64,000 nt of DNA, taken from assembly GCA_040954595.2 (NCBI GenBank), contig CM082595.2:5358137-5422136 (forward strand), in the 5' to 3' direction. Position numbers and translations under genes: made by a program. The notes under the pieces are model-generated. The model worked only from the letters and a program-made list of their open reading frames with translations. It had not been told where the DNA came from and searched no databases. Positions 1 to 12,659 of this stretch are shown here, piece by piece; the stretch's first letter is position 1; the number at the start of each line of letters is the position of its first letter. The stretch is from Balanoglossus misakiensis. Its lineage: Eukaryota > Animalia > Hemichordata.

Positions 1-77
1 GTATGTATGTATGTATGTATGTATGTATGTATGTATGTATGTATGTATGTATGTATGTATGTATGTATGTATGTATG

Positions 78-106
<29 letters not shown>
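1..106. repeat. (GTAT)n microsatellite
   Basis: Perfect GTAT tandem from the window start, in an intron of the Kv-beta gene. It explains the spurious MYVC ORF. Confidence 0.98.
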
Positions 107-110
<4 letters not shown>

Positions 111-684
111 TGTATGTATTAGGATGGTTACAGTTGGATTTGCATTACAAAATTATCATCTATTTTAGCAGCAATTGTATATGTAAACCTGTACTTCAAT
201 ACTTGAAGGACATGTTCTTGTTTGGGTCAGTCATATCCTGTGAAATGAATAATGTATGGAGGTTATGAATGGATGATTTTACTGATAAAGCAATATGTCT
301 TTTTAAAAAACCTTCATGGCTAATATCTGTTGATTTTTGTCTCCATCTTTGCTCTGATGGACTGCTAATGTGCCGTGAATTGATAGATGTCTTTCCATTT
401 CTGGATAATAGAGGGCAGTGTATCATTTTTTGTTTTGAAGTACAATTTGTATCATTTCGTACATGTGTTAGCTTTTGACCTTTTTTTCTTTTGAGTAGAT
501 GTCATAGATCACACGAAAATTTCCACAAACCAAATTTTTCCATGTACCAACTAGTATTAGTTCCCTATTTGTTTTATTAGTTGTATGGTTCTTTATATTT
601 GGTTTATCATCTGAAATGATAATTATCCATGTGTGAATTTAAATTGATATATCACTTACGTGTTTTTCTTTTTTCATTACACAG

Positions 685-3600
685 GGCTGAAATAGTTCTA
701 GGTAAAATACTGAAGAAGAAGAACTGGAGGAGATCCAGCATAGTTGTCACAACAAAAGTTTATTGGGGCGGAAAGTAAGTCAGAATTTAGTTTTGGGCAT
801 ATATGTGGAAACAGGCAAAATAGTGGAACTAGAAAGTTCTTTGATGGAAACAAATCAAATGAAATTAATACCTGGTCGAAAAGAATATGAAGCTGTCAGG
901 CTATATTATAGCAGCTATACGTTTTTGGTTTAAGACATGTTTGAAACTGTAGTCTTTTTTACTGAATTTAGGCCAACTCTTATTCATTGGTGTATTGAAA
1001 AAACTCTTTACTTAGCATCCTCAGAAAAAGTACAGTCACTGGGAACAGTTTTGAAAGAAACACAAGTGGAAAATGCAGAGTTTGATGGATTTCTTTTATC
1101 CAGTCCATTGAATTTCATCCCACGTACAAATGTACACAGAGCGTGAGATGTTTCCATGTAGTTCTGTGAAATTCGATTAAAATGTAGAATAAAGAGGAGG
1201 GAGCAAAGTGTGACCCTTGCAAACCAGTAAATGCATTTGCGCCATTGTGAGGCGATAGAACCCTGACTTGTCTTGGATGTTGGTGTCAAAGTTAAGAGCC
1301 TGTTCTTTATGTTGAAAAAATTAATCATGTGTAGCTCTCTGTACGTCTCTTTGTGTTGGAGTCCTGTGTGTTAGGTAATGGATGCTATCAGTAATGGAAT
1401 GCAAAGCCCACAGGACCTATCAAGAGATACTTTGAATTCAACTTACAGAAATGTCCAATTTCAATTAAATTAACTGGTTTTACTGGGAGACGTTTTACAT
1501 TGACGCAATTACGTACATAAGAGGCATAGAGACGTACAAGAAATGATTAACTGTGGAATGCTGGGCCCCAGGGATGGCTTTACAGAGAATTTTTTTTATT
1601 GATGGACACAGAAATTTCCAGCTGTAGAAAGTGTGTAGTTCTAGTCTGTTCCATTTAAAATGAAAATTGTATTTCTTTCCTTTAGTCAGACAGTCCTGTT
1701 TGTTGGATATTAATTGTCCTCAAGGGTGGCTAGTGGCCCAGTTTAAGCTTTCATTTTGTACTACAGTAAAACCTGTATAAACCAAACTTTGTCTAATCTG
1801 AAAACTTTTTTATACTGAGCAATTTTCAGTCCCTTTTTGCATAGAAACACATGTTAAAAGAACTTTATACCAAACATCTCTGCAAACTGAACAATTTCTC
1901 AAGTCCCTTTGGTGTTTGGCTTTAGTCAGGTTTTTCTGTGTATTTTATGTGTGCTTGCTTGTAAATGTGATGTGCTGTCTCTGATTTGATTTTTTTTCTT
2001 GTATCCAGAGCAGAGACAGAGAGAGGGTTGTCCCGGAAACATATCATCGAAGGCTTGACAGCGTCCCTCCAGAGACTTCAGTTAGACTATGTAGATATAG
2101 TGTTAGCCAATCGACCAGACCCAAACACACCTATGGAAGGTGAGTGTGGAAGAGTCTTCAGGAAAAGTTACATTCAGTTAGTTTTTAGACTTGTGTGAGT
2201 CTTCAGGAAAAGTTACATTCAGTTAGTTTTTAGACTTGTGTGAGTCTTCAGGAAAAGTTACATTCAGTTAGTTTTTAGACTTGTGTGATAAGAGATTTTA
2301 ACACAAACAAAATTTGATTTTAATGCATTTGTTGTTTGTTGCCAGAATTAGGAGTGTTTGTTTTTCCATACCCTCTTTCCTTAAAATTGGTTGTTTTTGT
2401 TCCTGTAGCTGATTTCTATATCCCTGTTTATGTACTGGATTGTTCTATGCAGCATATTCCACAATATTTTAAGTGTTAATTACTGCAATTAAGAAAGTGA
2501 TCAGTCTTTATTTTCAAACATACCAAGATTCAAAGCTCAGAATCAACTTACATTGGTCTGGGTTTATTGAAATCCCATGTGGACGTCTTCATGACTAAAA
2601 TTCCTCACTTGTTGAATTTCCATTGTCTCTTCCAACACAGAGATTGTGAGAGCATTCTCCTACTGTATTAACCAAGGGATGGCCATGTATTGGGGAACAT
2701 CCAGATGGAGTTCAATGGAAATCATGGAAGCCTACTCCGTCGCCAGACAATTCAATCTTATTCCGCCAGTATTAGAACAATCAGAATATCATCTCTTCAA
2801 CAGAGAGAAAGTGGAAACGCAACTTCCTGAGCTCTTCCACAAAATAGGTACGTGTAATTATGCGTCGTACTTTGAATGTTGGTCAAACTGAGAGAATACT
2901 CCAGTGGAAGTTTTCTGAGCATCTTTGTTATCTGTCTGTACTGTGATACACCAGTATCTGCCCTGTATTCTACTACACCGGTATCTGCCCGTACAGTAAA
3001 TTATACCAGTATCTATCTGTACTGTAATATACCAGTATCTGACTGTACTGCAATACACTGGTATCTGCCTGTACTGTAATACACCAGTATTTGTCTTTAC
3101 AGTAATATACCAGTATCTATATGTACTGAGTCTGTAATATACCAGTATCTGTCGGTACTGTAATACACCAGTATCTGCCCGTACTGTAATGCACCAATAT
3201 CTTTACTAATCATGCATGTATATGTACACCAGTATCTGTCTACATGTACATTTTTTGTATAACATTACACTTTGCAGGTCTCGGGACAATCACCTGGTCT
3301 CCCCTTGCGTGTGGAATTCTCACAGGAAAGTATGATGATGGTGTGCCGTTCTATTCCAGAGCAGCTTTAAAGGTGGGTGTGTTCACACATCTACTGTATG
3401 TTTGCACAATCTGCAATCACTAATAATGGGCTTTGGTTATAAGTTATACCAGTACATGTACTACAGTATATGGATATTTTTTCAGTATCATTTTATTCCC
3501 TGTTTTAATTGCATGATACTCTAATCATCATCATGATCATCATCATCATCACCACCACCACCATCATCGTCGTCATCATCATCATCATCATCTAGAAAAT

Positions 3601-4838
3601 GGAAACAAAATTGTCAGGGTTATATAAAGGTTTTCAGTAGCACCTATTTAAACTTTTCTTTTGGGATCACAATTCAGGTGTGTTTTCCCAGTATTAAACA
3701 GTCAGTATTCTTGTTTTTCATGTCAGGGTTATGGTTGGTTGAAGGACAAGGTGCTAAGTGAAGAAGGGCGTCGCCAGCAAGCCAAATTACGTGAAGTTAC
3801 AATTGTAGCTGATAGGATAGGTTGTACACTTCCACAGCTTGCTATTGGTAAATAACAGGCAGATTATATCCCGTTTTGGCCCGGTTCAGAGTACTTCTGT
3901 AGACGTGAAATAGGATGAGTTGTTATTTACACATCTCATCTGTCTCCTGCACTATGATTGGTCAAATCAATGTCACATGGTGTGTATATCTTTTGTATGC
4001 TGATACACTCAACTAGGACGTCTTCACTTTTCCTGGGAAGATGAAAATGTGGGAAACTTGTTCTCTTTTATGACCTTGAAACAGGTTTTGTGACCTGGAG
4101 TGTACGACAGAAATGCCCAACCTTCGTTTGGTGTGAGAGTGATAGTGATAGTCTGTGCAAAACCTGTATCAAGGGCACAAACGAATTTTACTTTCACAAA
4201 CTGCCATTCTTAGATCTGTCTTCCTTGTTCTGTCTGACAGCGTGGTGTCTCAAAAACGAAAGTCTGTCATCGGTGATTCTTGGAGCGTCCAACACTGATC
4301 AGTTGTACGAAAACCTGCAAGCAATCAGGGTGAGTTTTACAAATGATATGTTTGAATGTTTGTAACCTAACTTCAATGCAAGAGAAAGGGAAGGGGGATA
4401 TCACTTCTAAAGCAGTTCACTCTAACCATGACTAACTCAGAAAAAAGGAGATATGAATTGCATTAAAGGTATGAATCTAATTTTTTTTCCATAACTATAT
4501 TTGATGGAGACATTTATGTGGTATCAATAGAAATAATCATACAGATGATAATGCTATTTCAACTTTTTCTGTTTCAGTTTGTTCCCAAGTTAACTCCGCA
4601 AATCATGCAAGAAATGGACAAGATTTTGGGCAACAAACCTGAGAAGGAGAGACTTGGGGTACGCCACACCTGCTCCTCATCACAGGTGTCACAAGCCGGC
4701 AGCACTGCACCGAACGCAGCGCCCACCACAGGGGTCGGGGGAGGAGGGACTGCCACTACAGCTATTACAGGGGGAGGAGGAGGAGGGGGAGGGGGTGGTG
4801 GGATGACCGTCGGGGGTGTAGGCACCAGCAGTCACTGA
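685..4838 (+). CDS. KCNAB2: Voltage-gated potassium channel beta subunit (aldo-keto reductase fold; KCNAB2/Hyperkinetic-like), 5'-partial
   Basis: Phase-consistent GT-AG exons 685-774, 2009-2139, 2641-2847, 3278-3372, 3727-3847, 4241-4329, 4578-4838. They translate to [132 protein letters not shown], closely matching vertebrate Kv-beta-2 as I recall it. The symbol marks family similarity, not proven 1:1 orthology. Confidence 0.96.
1764..1938. mobile_element. Degenerate Tc1/mariner-type MITE
   Basis: ta-CAGTAAAACCTG ... CAGGTTTTTCTG imperfect terminal inverted repeats, intronic. Confidence 0.5.
2152..2286. repeat. 45-bp tandem repeat x3
   Basis: GAGTCTTCAGGAAAAGTTACATTCAGTTAGTTTTTAGACTTGTGT repeated three times just after a splice donor. 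Confidence 0.95.
2930..3240. repeat. ~28-bp minisatellite
   Basis: About 10 degenerate copies of TACTGTAATACACCAGTATCTG(CCCG), intronic. Confidence 0.9.
3525..3591. repeat. (CAT/CAC)n microsatellite
   Basis: catcatcat...caccaccac...catcat run in an intron. Confidence 0.9.
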
Positions 4839-4887
4839 CTGGGTACCTGCCTTCCCTACCACTGCCTTTCAATGTTTTGTATGCAAG

Positions 4888-5103
4888 GAGTCGGCACTGA
4901 GGAACAAGGTGACCAGTCACAACAACAACAACAACCGCAACAACTTCAACCGCAGCCAGAGCACGCTCAACCCAGACCTGTCGATTCGCGCCCCCGAAAT
5001 CGCCCGCGACCACGCCCCGTGGTCACCTCGGCGGTCGTCGGGCGTGGCGGCAGACTCTCTGGCTTTGCTAGTGTTGGAAGGTCAAGGTGACCCCCGAAAC
5101 TAG
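4888..5103 (+). CDS. Candidate alternative terminal exon of Kv-beta (ESALRNKVTSHNNNNNRNNF...GDPRN*)
   Basis: Phase-0 donor GGG|gtacgc after 4658 and acceptor ttttgtatgcaag|GAG at 4888 join in frame to ORF 4909-5103. Confidence 0.5.
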   Translation, partial: ESALRNKVTSHNNNNNRNNFNRSQSTLNPDLSIRAPEIARDHAPWSPRRSSGVAADSLALLVLEGQGDPRN

Positions 5104-7617
5104 CTGACATCATTCACACTCCAAACTCCCAGAAGATCAGACAAATACTAAAACTCCTTCCACATATATTTATCACTACAGTATAAGAAAATCAAAATTG
5201 AGATAAGTGATTCACAAATTTACAATCAAATTTACATGTATTTCTCTGTAAAATAACACATCTTACTCCACTATTGCACACTTTTACTTCACATCGAATC
5301 ATAACTTCCTTTTGAGCAGCTTATATTCAAAAATGCCAATCAAATTCTTTGCGTCAGTAGCTGCACAGTAATTCTCACTACCTGAAATAGTATATTTTTT
5401 ACGTGGTGATAAGGGGTCAGGTGGGTGACATCTGACAAATGGCTCCTTGCTATTGGTCCATTTGCATGATGTTGCAATGCATCATGGGTGAAATCTGATA
5501 ATTTACCTGGTGCCAAGGGGTCAGATGACATGCATGTACTGCATTGCATTGTGAGTAAATGTTGACAGTTTTTTTACAGGTATGTTTGCCCGGATGTAGG
5601 GCGTTGTACAGGAATTGTCTAATCGGCAAGATTTATAAAAAAATGTAATCACGAGATGAACTTACATTGAGACTGACTGTGGCTTTTGTATTAATTCTTC
5701 ATTCTTCCGTTGAATGTTTTTTCTTTAAAAAAACTGTGTCTTAATCTAGTGGTTTGTGCAGCTGTTTTTGACCGTAATTGATTTGCCCGGTTGTGAGATT
5801 TGCGAACCTCAACAATCTGAGAGAATGAGAATTGTGTTTTAGTGCATTGAATTTTATTCCAGGTAGTGGGAATCTCAATGCAAACGGCGATGACTTACTC
5901 ATCTTGGTGTATTTTCACGTTCAACAAGCAACCTTGGTTACAGCAGGGGATGACATGAATATTAATTAGTCAGCATAAATATTTATCCAGAAATCAGGCA
6001 GATTAGATCAGACGATGCGACTTCAACATCATACCGCAGTCTGAGAACAGCAACAGACACTGCATTACAGGTTTAACCGTATGGATTATCGCAAGTAACC
6101 CTTTCACCCCTCATTCAGTGTACACAGGTCCAAACTCACTGCTGTATACAGTGGGACAGATAAAGTATGGGGTGGCATAAAGGCGATAATGCTTGTAACT
6201 ATTAACAGTGCAGACATTGACTTTCATGCATTCTGCTGGTTCCTTCATTTCATCAGCTCACATTATTTTTTCCATGAAACACATCATCACCGTGTTATTA
6301 TTATTATTCAAGGAAAGCTGTGCTAACTCCACAGAAGTCATTCCCGGAAATATTCAGACACCGACAAAAAAAAAAAAAATTCCTCAAAAGTGAACCATAG
6401 TGACAGTGAAAGACAGTGGTCTAGAAGGCATCTGATAAGTATGAATGTTCTATCATCCCTGCATTTCTGGATAATGGTATGTTCTACAAAGATTTACACA
6501 TGTAAAGTGGAACAAATCATTATGTGAGAAGAGGGGTGATGGATGCATTTCTCCGTAATAATCATAATAATTAAATTTTATGTTGATTATGTTATCATTT
6601 TATATGCAAAAGGTACTGAGCTAGTTGTAGGTTAGAGCAACATTATGACGCGACTTTAACAGTAAAACTGAATGATTTAAATCATCAATGTCTTTCAAAT
6701 CTTCTCTAACCTACAACTTAGCTCAACCACTTTCACTTCAGTAAGTTTTTCCATTATCATTTTTGCTATTTATATCAAATTATTTAAATTCATTTTGAGT
6801 TATTAATTTAAGTGTCATTACAGAAATTAATATATCTTTTTTTGAAATAGATAAGTTATTATTTCCCAAGTTATAACTTGCATTCATTATAAAAAATAGT
6901 TAGTTTTTTAAGGAATATTCAAATATGATTTTGTAAATAGCAAATAAAATGGTAAATTTTTATGAATAATATGTTTTCAGGGATTACTGATGGAAGAAAC
7001 GTGGTCTTTGGAATCGTCAATATTATTTCATGTCTTGAATCATTTATCAGAAAATTTAAAATATGTTAATGAAAATCCTTCTTTGTCTACAACATGGTAT
7101 GCTTCAGTTATTCTGCCCAAATAATTGGATCTGTTTTTGTACCTGAATTGGTCATTGAGATGAATAAACATTTGACCAGTAGTGTGTTAATGAACATTTC
7201 GGAAATTTGTTTTTTTTCTAACTCTTGCTGAATCATACTGAATAGGTAAAGTGGGTATAAATTTTGATGATAAAGAAAACAGCTTGGAAGAGAAAAAAAG
7301 ACAGCGGATGTTCATTTATAACATGATAGATTCTGTTGAAGAGACAAACTTTCATTACCAGTACCTCAAGTCATGTGATTTCCTTCAGGAAATTAACCAA
7401 CCAGATCAAGTCACTATTAAAGTGAAAGAAATGCGAAAGACCACTTTTTTGCTTCAGTGATCCCAACCAATTTCTAGTGTTAATGTAGTACCTCTTTCTG
7501 CTTGATGCATCACTCATGGGCCTGCCTCTCCTGTGGGTGTGAGGAAAGTGTTAATTGCTAAAAGCACCATGAGTGGGAAGCAGAGAGATGGATACTATAT
7601 CTTTATAAAACAACATA

Positions 7618-7776
7618 CTGTAAAACACTTTATTTTCGCTAGCAATTAATTTTCGCCAAATGCGCGATAATGATGTAGTGAATGAAATAAGAGAACGCGA
7701 AAATTAATACTTGCGAAACAGTGACCTCTCTCTATATCGCGAAAATTTTAACTCGCGAAAATAAAGTGTTTTACAG
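7618..7776. mobile_element. MITE family 1 (TA-flanked, Tc1/mariner-like), internally shortened copy
   Basis: TIR CTGTAAAACACTTTATTTTCGC ... GCGAAAATAAAGTGTTTTACAG. Homologous copies lie at 51603-51808 and 61191-61399. Confidence 0.9.
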
Positions 7777-10554
7777 AATATTCCTTGTATTAAAGATTCT
7801 TGTGTGTGTGCCACGTGACTTGCAATCTGGCCACAAGATGGCGCTGTTTCAATCAGGGAATCTCTGTCTGCATGAGTGATAGACATATTCCAAACCAGTA
7901 TTATGATCACAGATTGTGAAAATGTAGTCACAAATGGTGGCCAGATAATTGTCATCCTGTGTTTAGTAATAGTATGTGCTATCATTCAATGCTCAGTGAG
8001 CATTGCATAATATGGTCTGCAAAGACTTTGTTGAGTTTGATAAATGCGTGATAATTGTAGCTATATTTAATCTGACTGTTTTGTAATTATTACTGATGCA
8101 CATGTTTGTTCCATTCATATCAACTTGTCCCATGCCTTTCGACGAAATATCTTGCTAAGTCCAAAGGTTATCCAACATAATCCATTGTTTGTGTCAGGTA
8201 TAGCTCTAGTGTGTTGTGTTTGTATAGGCCTTCCTATAACTGTATTGATTGCCTGGTGTTGATGTAGTGACAGGTCCCATGTTATAGTGTTCCATAGATT
8301 GACTAGTTGTAGAATAATACTTGCACAGGGATATTTTATCAAATTTAGTCTCAGTCCAAGTTCACAATTTTTTTGATGTGAGGTTTGCAGTGTTTGACAG
8401 CTTTTCAAAATCAAAATTTGAGATAGCTTTTTATTTGTTTTTATACTGTTTTGAAAAGTTAGGCTTTCTTTTAATTTTGTTGATAAAAAGTATTATAGTG
8501 AAGTGTGTTAAAATATGATGCTGGAAGCAGCCAGCTTTTTTGACTGAACCTTGGATAATCCTGTTCATAGAGTGTGTTCCTTAACAAACACACTGTGAAC
8601 AGCTGGTTATTACTGTAGCTGTCACATCAAACCTCTCTCCCCTACCTGTATGCTGTGCAGTGGTACAGTCCTTTATGCAGTTGGTTAGAGGGAGAAGTTT
8701 TGGCAGAGGGTCATATATTTACTGACTTGCGTACTAATTGATTCTTATGTATTCCAGCTTTCAGTTTGTTTAGGTGTGTACAAATGGACAACAAAGAATG
8801 AAGTGCATACTACTTTCAAAAGTGGCAGAGAAAAGTGATTTTAGTTTGTCTGCATACTGTACATTACGTCCTTTCCTTTGTGTGTTTGAGAATATTTTGC
8901 TGTTGTCCTTCACATGTATGATAACCGAGTGTTTATTCAAATTGATTCAAATTGTACAGAGTATGATATATTTTTGTATACGTACAACTAGTTTTGTGGC
9001 AAACTATTTGCTGTAAATTTTCTTCTTTGCCAAATTCTTCAATTATGATCTCCTAGTTTTAAGAATGCAGAGTGACTTGGTCCAGTAGTTAACCCAACCA
9101 TCACAAAATATCCTTTGAGATAATACAGTATTTTCCATCAGTAGTGGCAGTAGTATATGGCCTGCACCATCTGGAATTGACCTTTAGAAGTGACCTTCGG
9201 ATAACTAAAGTATATGAAACCCTGATAAATTCAAATTTGAGGTGGAGTAAGCCCAAGTAGTGACAGACACACGGAAATCCATACCTATATGTCTTTTCAT
9301 AGACCCTACCATTGTAAAGCTAGGTTATTAAGAGAAATGTTTTATGAAATGAGCCAGTTGGTAGATGTTGTAAGATAATGTCCATACGCTAGATGCCAAC
9401 TAGCCTTTCTTGTTTGAGTCCAAAACAACTTGAGACTGTTAGGACAGTGTATGCCCCGTGAAATGATGTTTTTTTGAGTTTTAATTTAGATAAATCTGAA
9501 ACATTTCTGTTTAAGAACCCAAAGTGGGGGTAACTGGAAATTTTTGTTAACTTAAGTCACTACATTTTGTCCTGGAACAGAAAGATGAATATCGGGTTTT
9601 CAAGCTTACTTGTGTGATTCTTATTCAGTTCGTAGTTTTGCTTCTATGTTAAAAAGTGAGTGAAATGGATTTTTTTCTTTGAGTTTACTGATGATAGTGT
9701 TAATAATGCAATACATTTGTTCACGATGTTTTGCATTGCATGAAGTTAGATTTGAAACGGTAAATTGTTTACTGATGAATGTTTATGTCTATCAGTTGTA
9801 ATAATGTTTGCTGCAGTTATTTCTTAGTTCACGTTTGTGTGACCTTGAAAATGTTAATGCCATTTCTTGGTACATATCAAACATAAAGTGTTTTCTCAGT
9901 TAGCTTGGTTGCAGTGTTTTTCCCCAAAGACATATGTTAAAAGTTGTCAAGTATGTTACAGATATTTTTTTTGCATTTAAACAGGAGGTTATGTAAAAAG
10001 TCTATCCTCTACTGTTAAAAAAAACACACATGGGTGATCATAAAGCAAATGTTTATTGACTTATGTGACATTATAACGAAATGTAAATTCAAATTCCAGA
10101 TTCTTTGCAACTTGTAAAAATTAAGAAATGGAGTGTTGATTTTTCGTACATTGTGCTGAGTATTAGTGGCACCCACTTAAATAGGATGTAATTTGTGAAA
10201 ATGAAAATAGGATGTAATTTGTGAAAATTAAAAAAAAATATTGAAGTCAAAAAAAGTGTGTTCTGCTTTCTACTTCTGTCAGTGTCGACCAAGGGAATGG
10301 GGTGACTAATACCATTACTCGACCAAGGGAATAGGGTGACTAATACCGTTACACGAGCAAGACTTTGACTTCTTTATTTAAGCTGTTTCGTCATTTCGTT
10401 GTTTCACTGTTTCGTTGTATCGCAAAATATAACTAGCCTTTTGTGTGATAAAAATGGTTGACCTGAAAATGCCACTACAGATAGAATCGGTAGACACTGG
10501 CTTTTGTTTGAGCAGCCTCATTGAGTATACCACCCTAGCCTCTTGTGGGATTTT

Positions 10555-12598
10555 CTAGTAACCTGCTGTTTTCCTTCGATATATGTATGCAGATATCAAC
10601 GCTACGAGGACACTTCCGGGAGCAATGAAGGAAAGGTATGAGCCGGTGTTCCATGTCAGACCCGCCACATAAAATGCCAATGTGACGATTAAAAGTCCAA
10701 TACAGGTATACCGACCAACTGCAGAGCATCTAGGTTTTGTGACGGGTGAGGTCGACTGCATTGCGTCGCGGTCACGTGTTTTGTCTTCATCAGGAGAGAT
10801 GGACGCGCCCTGCAATCAAGTAATATATCTGTGATTCATCAAACTTATTACAATGAACGTTCAGTAAATTAAGATTTATAGTATTGTCATTTTTTTAAAT
10901 TGTCAGTATGATAAAAAAATGTGTCATTATATATAGGGGTCACCGTGCTTGTTTTTAGTTGTGCATAAAAAACTGCCTAGTCTGCATTTTTACAATTGCT
11001 TTGTCTATAGCCAAAACACTCAACAAAGTTTAACTCAGAATTGAGCACGGTACGATTTTATTCGACCCCTGAATTTAATTTCATTTGGCTGAGCTATGTT
11101 TATGTGAATTAAATTTAAATCCAATTTGCATCATTGAGATTTGGAAGTCTGGCTTTACCTCCTCCTCCTCGTCCGTGAAGTGGATATATTTTTGCACGTG
11201 CGCGTGCGCCTCGGTATCATTGCGCACTTCTGTCTTTTCGTTACGTGCGCCCTCTGTTGGCAAGTTGTGAACCAGGCGTTCTTGTCTCCAGTACCACAGA
11301 ACTTGGACGCCATTGATGTACGCCATCGTGCTGGAGTAGTATGTCATGACGACATATTGAAGGGGCAAAAGCAGAAGGTAGGTGGAGAGGAAATCCGTTG
11401 TTTTGCCGACGAGTGCCAGACTGACAGAGTAGGATGATTGGCCACTGGTCGACATTCTCTGCATGTTCAGAATAACCTGTTGAGTGCACGTGACAGGATC
11501 AATTAAGGTCCCAGTATTTAGGGACAATGTTCATATATATGACCGTTCGCCATAAATGTGTGAAGTTTTCCCTACATCTCAATGATTATCATGTGTCATA
11601 CAACCACAGACAAAGTCTGTGATACAACAGAAAAAACAACAACTATGGCGGAGATTGGCGGCCATTTTGAATTTCAAATGTGACATTTTATCATTCAAAT
11701 TTTTGTACGGTGACTCAAATTTTTTACTCCCAATGCATTTTAAAGAGAAGAGAATCTAATGTTGCCGTGAGCAAAATAGAGAGAGAGTTTAAGACTGATT
11801 TTCGAGGCGCAACGGCAGTAGGCCCTAGGCCTAATTTGACCGTAGAGGGCATATAACCTTGTCGGATTTCATACGCAGACCATGCACCTGTTGAGTGCGA
11901 TTAATGTCATGTCAATTGAGGCGTGTATAATATATGTAGGCCCATGCCACGCATATTTTTCAAGTGGTAAATGTCGTGATAATTATTAGATATTCAAACA
12001 ATAAGAACGGGCAATATATCACACGGACACTAGCTAAACATTTATACAGGATCTGTCATGGTATTGTTTAAATTCCCCGGGGTGCCTTTGCTTGCAAGAT
12101 TGACCTCGGATAACCTACCTGGGGGAAGGTTTCTATGGACCACAGGACAATAGCGCACCATTGCAATTCCTGATAAACATCTGTCAGTACTTGAACGAGT
12201 ATGATAACTGTCCAGGACACCACACAACCAATTAAATAGGCCCACTTGCCCTTTTTGTGGTAGCTGGTCGCGTAAACCCAAAACTGAACAAGCAAAAGAA
12301 ATTCCAACACCGGCATGTACACCGCTGATATTTTGACATACAGCGGCAACTCCCCGACACGGAACACGAAGAACACATTGATTAACGAAGCGGTGAAGTT
12401 CGCTGTCGCCCACAGCACGCTCAGTCCAACCACACACCTTCGGCGCCAGTTTTTCACTATCTGCGGAAATAGCACCACGAACCAGATCGCAGTGCTCACC
12501 AATCCACAGACGTTTGCGAATACACACACCGCTTCTGGCCAATTCTCGCGACAGTTTTGAGTTAAAATATTCCCCGACGTGTTGTTTGCCTGGTGCAT
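10555..12598 (-). CDS. PQ-loop repeat membrane protein (cystinosin/PQLC/SLC66-like transporter family), ~350 aa
   Basis: Exons 12598-12119, 11476-11159, 10809-10555, all phase 0 with GT-AG. Two PQ-loop motifs: WFVVLFPQIVKNWRRRCVVGLS and WSIETFPQ|VILNMQRMSTSGQS. Multiple hydrophobic helices. Minus-strand AATAAA near 10374. Confidence 0.85.
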
Positions 12599-12659
12599 TT
12601 TGAAGCAGTCTTTACGCGGTCCGTCTAAAAGTGGTCGGGGTGAAGGATCTGCCACAAAT

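Noticed and set aside
11-268. ORF MYVCMYVC..., and similar ORFs at 17295-17558 and 38866-39174
   Set aside because: Microsatellite translations.
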